A stretch of DNA of 64,000 bases. Origin: Paludibacteraceae bacterium (lineage in GTDB: Bacteria; Bacteroidota; Bacteroidia; Bacteroidales; Paludibacteraceae). Of this stretch, positions 28,442 through 35,513 are shown piece by piece. Position numbers and translations under genes: made by a program. The stretch's first letter is position 1. Each line of letters opens with the position of its first letter. The stretch spans positions 17,434 through 81,433 of the forward strand of contig JAZSBO010000024.1 in assembly GCA_045602425.1 (NCBI GenBank). The letters run 5' to 3'. The notes below the pieces were generated by a model. The model did no database searches. It saw only the letters and a list, made by a program, of their open reading frames with translations, and was not told the DNA's origin.

Positions 28442-28449
28442 CAAAGATA
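28442..28449 (-). promoter_or_regulatory. -7 promoter motif TATCTTTG for the envelope operon
   Basis: The plus strand reads caaagata. It lies 46 nt upstream of the ATG at 28396. Confidence 0.4.
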
Positions 28450-28481
28450 TAACATACAGAAGATTGCAACTTGATAGTTTT

Positions 28482-28522
28482 GTTGCATAAAAAGGTACAA
28501 AATGTTGCATTTTTGGGTACAA
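28482..28522 (-). promoter_or_regulatory. Tandem direct repeat GTTGCAT-N5-GGTACAA x2 (22-bp period); candidate operator
   Basis: Copy 1 is 28482-28488 plus 28494-28500. Copy 2 is 28504-28510 plus 28516-28522. The repeat lies between the HTH gene stop (28574) and the operon promoter motif. Confidence 0.35.
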
Positions 28523-28573
28523 TACAGAATAGAAAGAGATCCAAATATATCCCAGAGAACAACAAGGAATAAA

Positions 28574-28789
28574 TCAGAAACCTACTTGAGAAATTCGTAG
28601 GAAGAAATCACAATTCAAAGCTTTGGATATTCGTCGAAGCAAAGCTGTATCCATATCCTCGCGTTCGAGAATCTTGTAGGCATTGCTTCGATTGCAATGC
28701 AACTGCTCTGCCAACCACGCCACCGAACGACGTTGTAATTTCAATTCCTGTCGAATCATTTCTCCGATATGTAGTTCGTGTCCATTCAT
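28574..28789 (-). CDS. 71-aa helix-turn-helix DNA-binding protein (XRE-like)
   Basis: MNGHELHIGEMIRQELKLQRRSVAWLAEQLHCNRSNAYKILEREDMDTALLRRISKALNCDFF. It is a paralog of 50387-50602, with 26 of 57 manually aligned positions identical. Confidence 0.7.
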   Translation of the reverse strand: MNGHELHIGEMIRQELKLQRRSVAWLAEQLHCNRSNAYKILEREDMDTALLRRISKALNCDFFLRISQVGF

Positions 28790-29009
28790 TCAACAAAAAA
28801 GCGTAAACCGCTGCATGTTAAGAATTTCCACAAAAGAGGCTCCGCAATTGCCCTGAACAAGAAAATAAACACGAACAGTTCACGCCTGCCGCATGAACAC
28901 CTACACGGTTTATTCTTCTTGTTGATGAGAAATTTTGCGGATTTCTTTTGTGAAGAATAAAACTAAAAAATAAAAAATCTTACCTACTCGGCAAGATTCC
29001 ACAAAAGTA
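28790..29009 (-). promoter_or_regulatory. About 200-nt structured non-coding leader region upstream of the HTH gene
   Basis: Minus-strand TACTTTTG at 29002-29009. Nested inverted repeats 28910-28918/28952-28960 and 28928-28933/28941-28946. Hairpin 28878-28898 carries TCATGCGG. A weak hairpin plus T-run lies just before the ATG. Confidence 0.3.
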
Positions 29010-29054
29010 CAAAAAATATTATACTGCAAAACAGCAGCTTGCTCTATGCCACAA

Positions 29055-29090
29055 CAAAAAAGAGAGGAAAGCTACTCGCCTCCTCTCTTC
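29055..29090 (-). terminator. Rho-independent terminator of glgP
   Basis: Stem agagagga (29061-29068) pairs with tcctctct (29081-29088). The plus-strand A-run at 29055-29060 is a U-run on the minus strand. Confidence 0.55.
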
Positions 29091-29111
29091 CGTTTTTATA
29101 GTAAACGTCAA

Positions 29112-31679
29112 TTAAAACCAACGTACATAACAGAAATCCATACGATGTGGCAAATCTGCATTTTTCGGGAACATACGGAACGCATATTTAAACGAACCCG
29201 CACGATTGATTTGATAATCAAGCTCGAAATACAAACGTGAGCCATCTACTTTCACCAAATCAAACTCTTTCGATTCGAGTTTACGCATACGATTTTTTTC
29301 GTCCATATAAGTAACTACAATCTCTATTCCCAAACAATTAGCATCTAAACCTTTGGTGTCAACTTCTGCAGAGATGTGATAAGGGTGCCCTACTTCTAAA
29401 ACTCCATCTACGGCATCCATTTCAAGTTTTTCTATCGAAACATTGTCCCAATTTGCTGCTACCATTTGTTTCCAAGCAGCAATTTCTTTTGCCTTTGCAT
29501 AATTGTTTTCGAGCAACACAGCCGAGCGTTTTGCTTCTGGCGAATAGAAACGTTCGATATAGTCGTCGAGCATACGTTTTGTAGTGAATCGAGGAGCAAT
29601 TTTTGCAATCGAGTTTTTAATCACTTGAATCCATTCAGGCGAGAAACCTTCTTTGTTTCTGCTTTCGAAATACAATGGAAGAATTTCGTTTTCGAGAATG
29701 TTGTAGATAGTGGCTGCATCCAAACGGTCTTGTTGCCCTTGATCATCAAACGTACGTTTTTCGGTCAACGCCCAACCAGCACCTTTTACATAACCTTCTA
29801 ACCACCATCCGTCGAGCACTGAAAAGTTCAAGACACCGTTCATTTCGGCTTTTTGCCCCGATGTACCCGAAGCTTCCAACGGACGTGTTGGATTATTCAA
29901 CCAAATATCAACACCCGAGATCAAACGTTTTGCCAACTGCATATCATAATTTTCAAGGAAAATAATTTTTCCAACAAACTGTGGCATATGCGAAATTTCG
30001 AAAATACGCTTAATCAAACCTTGACCAGCACCATCGGCAGGGTGTGCTTTTCCTGTAAAAATAAACTGTACAGGGCGTTCTGGATCGTTCACGATTTTTG
30101 CCAAACGCTCCAAATCGGTGAACAACAAATGAGCACGTTTGTAAGTTGCAAAACGGCGACCGAAACCTATCAACAAAGCATTAGGATTGATATTTTCCAA
30201 CACCGAAACAATACGCCCTGGATCGCGTTGGCTCGTCAGCCAAGTCTCCTTAAACTGCACACGGATATAGTCTATCAATTTATTTTTCAGAGTCATACGT
30301 GTTTCCCAAATAGTTTTGTCAGGAACATCGTAAATCTTTTTCCAAATATCGAGGTTCGATTGATCGGCATAAAACTCTTTTCCGAAAGTTTTTTCATACA
30401 CCGATTTCCATTCCGAAGCAGCCCAAGTTGGCATATGCACACCGTTTGTTACATAGCTAACATGCAACTCTTCTGGAAAATAACCTTTCCAAATAGGATT
30501 AAACATTTCTTGCGAAACCTTACCATGCAACCAGCTCACACCATTCACCTCTTGCGAAGTGTTGCAAGCGAATACACTCATGCAGAATTTTTCTGAATGA
30601 TCGTCGGCATTTTCACGCCCCATTCCAATAAATTCGTCCCACGAAAGACGCAACTTATCGGCATATCCACCCATATAATAACGGAAAAGCCCTTCATCAA
30701 AACGATCGTGACCAGCAGGCACTGGCGTATGCACAGTGTAAAGCGACGATACACGAACAACTTCGATAGCTTCATTGAACGACAAGCCTTCTGCCACATA
30801 GTCAACCAAACGTTGAACATTGATCAATGCAGCATGTCCTTCGTTGCAATGATAAATTTGCGTTTTAATACCAAGACGTTTCAACATCAACATACCACCG
30901 ATGCCAAGCAACATTTCTTGTTTCAAGCGATGTTCGTTATCACCACCATAGAGTTGGTGAGTAAGCGTACGATCGGCCTCCGAATTTTCATTGATATTCG
31001 TATCTAACAAATACAAAGAAATACGACCTACAGGCACTCTCCAAACTTGAGCATAAATCAAACGTTCTGGATAAGGCACTGCAATAAGCAATGGAGCTCC
31101 ATTTTCGTCTTTCACCTGTTTTATTGGCAAAGTATTAAACTGTTGTGGTTCATAAACAGCAACTTGCTGTCCGTCAAGCGAGAGAGTTTGTTTGAAGTAA
31201 CCAAACTGATACAAAAATCCAACAGCAGTCATATCTACATTGCAATCACTTGCTTCTTTCAAATAATCGCCTGCTAAAACGCCCAAACCGCCAGAGTAGA
31301 TTTTCAGAAAACTACTCAAGCCGTATTCCATACTAAAATAAGAAACCGAAGGAATATCAGTACGAGGTTTTACCTTAACATAGTCGTTAAACTCATCATA
31401 AACTTTATTCAAACGATCCATAAAGTCGGCATCTTTTTCCAACTCTTCGAATCGCTCGTAATTCGTGTTCTCAAACATTGCCAAAGGATTCTTCTTGGCA
31501 GCTTTCCATGCTTCAGGATTTACATCGCGGAACAACACTTCTGCATCGTGATTCCACACCCACCAAAGGTTATTGGCTATTTCCACCAATTTGTCAAGCC
31601 CTTGAGGCACATCAAATTTCACACTAAAATCTTTCCAATTTGGTTGATTGGAGTTGTTTGTTTTCAATTTCATATTCAA
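29112..31679 (-). CDS. glgP: Alpha-glucan (glycogen/maltodextrin) phosphorylase, GT35, long form
   Basis: 855 aa. SMEYGL...[20 protein letters not shown] and the PLP-lysine region [17 protein letters not shown]. Confidence 0.9.
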   Translation of the reverse strand: MNMKLKTNNSNQPNWKDFSVKFDVPQGLDKLVEIANNLWWVWNHDAEVLFRDVNPEAWKAAKKNPLAMFENTNYERFEELEKDADFMDRLNKVYDEFNDYVKVKPRTDIPSVSYFSMEYGLSSFLKIYSGGLGVLAGDYLKEASDCNVDMTAVGFLYQFGYFKQTLSLDGQQVAVYEPQQFNTLPIKQVKDENGAPLLIAVPYPERLIYAQVWRVPVGRISLYLLDTNINENSEADRTLTHQLYGGDNEHRLKQEMLLGIGGMLMLKRLGIKTQIYHCNEGHAALINVQRLVDYVAEGLSFNEAIEVVRVSSLYTVHTPVPAGHDRFDEGLFRYYMGGYADKLRLSWDEFIGMGRENADDHSEKFCMSVFACNTSQEVNGVSWLHGKVSQEMFNPIWKGYFPEELHVSYVTNGVHMPTWAASEWKSVYEKTFGKEFYADQSNLDIWKKIYDVPDKTIWETRMTLKNKLIDYIRVQFKETWLTSQRDPGRIVSVLENINPNALLIGFGRRFATYKRAHLLFTDLERLAKIVNDPERPVQFIFTGKAHPADGAGQGLIKRIFEISHMPQFVGKIIFLENYDMQLAKRLISGVDIWLNNPTRPLEASGTSGQKAEMNGVLNFSVLDGWWLEGYVKGAGWALTEKRTFDDQGQQDRLDAATIYNILENEILPLYFESRNKEGFSPEWIQVIKNSIAKIAPRFTTKRMLDDYIERFYSPEAKRSAVLLENNYAKAKEIAAWKQMVAANWDNVSIEKLEMDAVDGVLEVGHPYHISAEVDTKGLDANCLGIEIVVTYMDEKNRMRKLESKEFDLVKVDGSRLYFELDYQINRAGSFKYAFRMFPKNADLPHRMDFCYVRWF

Positions 31680-31688
31680 TAATTTAAA

Positions 31689-33320
31689 TTATTTCTGTTT
31701 AATTCTTTTATTTTTGTTATTCAATGCTATACTAAATGCCTTATCATAGTAAATAATAAAGTGCTCCCAAAGTGCATTTTGTGCTATCTGATAAACTTTT
31801 TTACTAATCTTTTTTCGTTCCGAATCAGTTTTCGACACAAACGATACTATCATCGCACTTAAATTGTTCACTACTTCGTGGTAATTATAATCAGTACGAG
31901 GCACAATGCCAACGCCATTTTCTATCGGCTGCGGCACATCAGACACCCATTGCCCAAATCCAGAAAGGTTTGTTGTAATGGTCGGTATTCCAAAAGCGGC
32001 ACTCTCCAATGGCGTATATCCCCAAGGCTCGTAATACGATGGGAAAATCGTCAAATCCAAACCAATCAAAACATCGTAATACGATTTGTTAAAAACGCCA
32101 TCATCACCATTCAAATACGAAGGTATGAATATAACTTTCAGGTGGCTCTCTGGGGCATTCGACAACTGAAACCAACGTATCGAGTTCAAAACAGGATCAT
32201 GCTCTTCGTCATGCAAATAATGAGTAGAAAATGGACGTCCTTGACACAATACAGGTGAATTTTCTGTCAATTCAATTCTATAATTAGACGTGTAAGCAGG
32301 CACTATTACAAAAGCAATAATCTCTCTCTTCAAATCTGCATCCGAAGCACGTTTCAACGATTCAATAAATACGTCTATACCTTTGTTTTTAAATTCGTAT
32401 CGACCCGATGTTCCAATAAACATTACATCGTCTGCAAGTTTATACCCTAACATTTTTTCAGCCACACGACGCAAAGCTGCTCGTGCTTCGTTACGTTTTT
32501 TAGAAAACATACGAGCTTTAGGCACAAAATCGTTTTCAAAACCATTAGGAGTTACTACATCGGGAGCTTTTTCTAACAACTGTTTGCACTCCTTCGCTGT
32601 AACGTTACTAACCGTAGTAAAACAATCGGCATTATGAGCCGCTTGTTTTTCTACCGAATGCTTCGACTGCATATTCAACTCCGATGCCATTTGATCACCA
32701 TTGTAGGCATGTAAATAATCGTACAAAGGTTTGTGATTGCCCGCTATAGAACGCCCTATAGAAGTAGCATGCGTGGTAAAAACGGTAGCCACTTGAGGCA
32801 TATTATGCTTTAAATATAATTCACCAAAAGCCGTCATCCATTCATTAAAATGAGCAACTACTTTTTTGTTTGTCAATTTATAAAACCGCAAAAAACTTTC
32901 GACCACAACACCGCATGCATAGCCAAACATACTTGACTCGTCATAATCACCGTAAGCATGTAGCGAATCAACACCAAACCAATTCCACATATTAGCGTAA
33001 ATAGCATCTTTTTGCTGATAAAAATCACGAAAATCAACCAATATAACCATCGGTTTGCCGGGTATATCCCAATTTCCTACACGCACCTTCAAACCTTGCT
33101 GTTTTGCAGCTACAACCCAATCGGAATAAGCATTTTTATTAGCAATAAAAAAAGGCGATTCCGCCTCATTCCACACGTCAGGACCTATAAAAAACAAATT
33201 CTGACCAAATTTTGAAACCAACGAAGCAGCTTTCGTCGACAACACTGTATAAATGCCCCCTACACGGTTACAAACCTCCCAACTCGCCTCGAATATATAA
33301 TCGGGTACTAACGTCCTCAT
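31689..33320 (-). CDS. Glycogen synthase, GT3-type (eukaryote-like)
   Basis: 543 aa. N-terminal FEASWEVCNRVGGIYTVLSTKA matches the GT3 glycogen-synthase signature. C-terminal YEPWGYTPLESAAFGIPTITTNLSGFG. Confidence 0.85.
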   Translation of the reverse strand: MRTLVPDYIFEASWEVCNRVGGIYTVLSTKAASLVSKFGQNLFFIGPDVWNEAESPFFIANKNAYSDWVVAAKQQGLKVRVGNWDIPGKPMVILVDFRDFYQQKDAIYANMWNWFGVDSLHAYGDYDESSMFGYACGVVVESFLRFYKLTNKKVVAHFNEWMTAFGELYLKHNMPQVATVFTTHATSIGRSIAGNHKPLYDYLHAYNGDQMASELNMQSKHSVEKQAAHNADCFTTVSNVTAKECKQLLEKAPDVVTPNGFENDFVPKARMFSKKRNEARAALRRVAEKMLGYKLADDVMFIGTSGRYEFKNKGIDVFIESLKRASDADLKREIIAFVIVPAYTSNYRIELTENSPVLCQGRPFSTHYLHDEEHDPVLNSIRWFQLSNAPESHLKVIFIPSYLNGDDGVFNKSYYDVLIGLDLTIFPSYYEPWGYTPLESAAFGIPTITTNLSGFGQWVSDVPQPIENGVGIVPRTDYNYHEVVNNLSAMIVSFVSKTDSERKKISKKVYQIAQNALWEHFIIYYDKAFSIALNNKNKRIKQK

Positions 33321-33349
33321 CTAAAAATCTACTTAAAAAAATTAAGTTG

Positions 33350-33357
33350 CAAAGATA
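33350..33357 (-). promoter_or_regulatory. -7 promoter motif TATCTTTG
   Basis: The plus strand reads caaagata. It lies 30 nt upstream of the glycogen synthase ATG (33320). Confidence 0.4.
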
Positions 33358-33529
33358 GGACTTTTTAACAAATTTTACAACGCATAAAAACCTTCATAAA
33401 CAAAAAAGTTTTCAACACAACAACGCTTTCATTTGCAATAAATTATTTTGAGATCAATTGCAAATGTTTCTCTATGATTCCATTTTATACATTGAAAGTC
33501 AAAATGCAACTTAATAACATCCGCACTTA

Positions 33530-34759
33530 CTACTTTATTAAACTTTTCTGCAAAGCATCAATTTTCTGCACTTCTTCCAAAGATATTTTCCCTTGTTCGT
33601 ATAGTTCATATGCTTTGGGCAAGGTTTCTACCTTTTTCATATATTCTTCCAAAACATCGGCTTGAATTACAGCCAACACATTGATAAAGTCGTAATAAAA
33701 GCGATCTTCTTTACCGAGTTTCTCAGTCATATTGTTGCTGTAGTTTTGAACGCTTTCGAAGAATGCAAATATCTGTGCATGAGCAATTTCATAGTAAATA
33801 ATTTCACCTTTTTCGATAGCTTCGGTAGCAGGCAAAAGTTGCATCTTAATCCAACGAGCTGCCTCGTCTATAAGTTGTTGCTGTGGCTCTGTGTAGTCCG
33901 TTGTTGTTTTCTCAATCACTATCGTTTCTGCAGGTTTCGCAAAGTTTTTTTCGTAAATCAAAAGTGCTGAAGGCAACAATGCCAATATCGTAAGAAAAAC
34001 AACTAATACCGCATAAGGCAAACGCTGACGCCGAACAATGGATTTTTGTATTTGCTCAATATTGTCGTAGCGTTTTTTACGGTCGGCTTGCGTACAACAC
34101 TTTGCAATAGAGGTGTACTTTTTCGGGAATATAAGTTCCAATACTTTTCCGAAAGCATAAATATCGGTACGGCAATCCACCTCTTTCGGTGCTACGAGTT
34201 GCTCTGGAGCCGCATACTTTTTTGTACCAGCAGCTTGTTTCAAAATGGCATAGCCATCGGCATCCGACAGTCCAAAGTCAATAATCTTGACATTACTTCC
34301 ATTGTGCGTAATAAGTATATTGCTCGGTTTGATGTCACGATGAATGGTTTGTTTGGAATGAATGTATTGCAATGCATCAAGAAGTTCTGTAATTACTTTT
34401 TGACGTATGGCTTTCGATGGATTTTTCTTCAAAAAAACGTCCAATGTATCGCCGTCGATGTACTCCATCAAAATAGCCAGACCGATGCGAGCATCATTTT
34501 CTTTGGCTATGGCTTTTACAATGTTTGGGTGGTCGAACTGAGAAGTAAGTGCAAACTCTTTTTTCAGCAATTCGAGATAAGTCGGATTGTTTCGGAATTC
34601 CGGTTTCAACCCTTTTAAAAGAAACCATTTGCCCGAACGCTTGATTTTGAAAATACGATTGAAACCGCTACACGCCAACTCCGAATAAGAGGTAAGCGTG
34701 TCTTCCGCAGTTAGAAACTCGTTTTGAACAATACCCGATGAAGAACTTTCTTGTTCCAT
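33530..34759 (-). CDS. Membrane-anchored Ser/Thr protein kinase (Hanks type)
   Basis: 409 aa. HRDIKPSNILI, DFGLSD, YAAPE. TM segment LPYAVLVVFLTILALLPSALLIY followed by a ~130-aa C-terminal domain. Confidence 0.85.
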   Translation of the reverse strand: MEQESSSSGIVQNEFLTAEDTLTSYSELACSGFNRIFKIKRSGKWFLLKGLKPEFRNNPTYLELLKKEFALTSQFDHPNIVKAIAKENDARIGLAILMEYIDGDTLDVFLKKNPSKAIRQKVITELLDALQYIHSKQTIHRDIKPSNILITHNGSNVKIIDFGLSDADGYAILKQAAGTKKYAAPEQLVAPKEVDCRTDIYAFGKVLELIFPKKYTSIAKCCTQADRKKRYDNIEQIQKSIVRRQRLPYAVLVVFLTILALLPSALLIYEKNFAKPAETIVIEKTTTDYTEPQQQLIDEAARWIKMQLLPATEAIEKGEIIYYEIAHAQIFAFFESVQNYSNNMTEKLGKEDRFYYDFINVLAVIQADVLEEYMKKVETLPKAYELYEQGKISLEEVQKIDALQKSLIK

Positions 34760-34810
34760 AAAAACACCTAAAACTTGTGCAAAGATAATGCTTTATCGTA
34801 TTGTATTTTG

Positions 34811-34829
34811 AACAAGGACCAACAAGAAC
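34811..34829 (+). promoter_or_regulatory. 19-nt motif AACAAGGACCAACAAGAAC (copy A)
   Basis: Identical 19-mer to 51912-51930. It contains AACAAG twice with a 10-bp period, and lies 49 nt upstream of the ATG at 34879. Confidence 0.35.
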
Positions 34830-34878
34830 TTTGCTTTTTTGACATAAAGTTCCCATTTTTGCAAAAAAATAAGTTGAA

Positions 34879-35457
34879 ATGAACAAAAATTGTCCTGAAA
34901 TTCTAGAGTTGAAAAATCGTGTAGAAGCACAAGTGAAGCGAAAAATAAAGACACCAAACGACTTTATTTTTTTGAGTGGAGTAATTTGGGAACGTACGCA
35001 CGAAACTATCAGCCCCACCACTCTTAAACGCCTTTGGGGGTATATCAATGGTGCAGATCATGCACGCAATAGCACATTACGCATTTTATCAGCCTTTTTA
35101 GGATTTCAAGACTGGGATGATTTTTTGCAGAATCTAAGCAATGAAAGCGATTTACAATCTGAATTCTTATGCACACCACATATTTCCACCTCTAACTTAC
35201 AAATAGGAGACCGCTTGGAAGTATCGTGGAAACCAAACAGACATTGTGTGTTTCGCTATTTGGGAAATGAAAAGTTTGTAGTAGAAAAATCGGAAAATTC
35301 AAAACTTTCGGAAGGCGATACTTTCTTCTGCTCGTTTTTCTTCCTCAACGAGCCGCTATACATCACCAACTTGGTGCAAGGTAAAAAACCACCAGTAGAT
35401 TTTGTAACAGGAAACAAAGAGGGACTTACTCAAATAGAACATATCCCAAGTAAATAA
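34879..35457 (+). CDS. Hypothetical protein, divergent from the kinase gene
   Basis: 192 aa, no signal peptide. The coding potential looks real, but no motif was recognised. Confidence 0.45.
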   Translation: MNKNCPEILELKNRVEAQVKRKIKTPNDFIFLSGVIWERTHETISPTTLKRLWGYINGADHARNSTLRILSAFLGFQDWDDFLQNLSNESDLQSEFLCTPHISTSNLQIGDRLEVSWKPNRHCVFRYLGNEKFVVEKSENSKLSEGDTFFCSFFFLNEPLYITNLVQGKKPPVDFVTGNKEGLTQIEHIPSK

Positions 35458-35460
35458 CAA

Positions 35461-35496
35461 TAAAAAAGACCTCAACTCGAGTTGAGGTCTTTTTTT
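35461..35496. terminator. Bidirectional rho-independent terminator between convergent genes
   Basis: gacctcaac (35468-35476), loop tcga, gttgaggtc (35481-35489), flanked by an A-run and a T-run. Confidence 0.65.
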
Positions 35497-35513
35497 GTTA
35501 AAGTCAGTTCTGC

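Noticed and set aside
28608-28796. A 62-aa ORF overlaps the HTH gene in another frame.
   Set aside because: The 71-aa frame has a clear HTH pattern and a paralog at 50387-50602. The alternative frame has neither.
28976-28998. The hairpin aatcttacc/ggcaagatt plus a T-run on the minus strand was considered as the first element of the HTH leader.
   Set aside because: The predicted transcription start from the TACTTTTG motif (29002-29009) would fall inside the hairpin arm. It is more likely a second terminator downstream of glgP, or it has no function.
29466-31277. Plus-strand ORFs lie within glgP and the glycogen synthase gene (for example 29853-30596).
   Set aside because: They are antisense to clearly identified GT35 and GT3 genes and have no motifs of their own.
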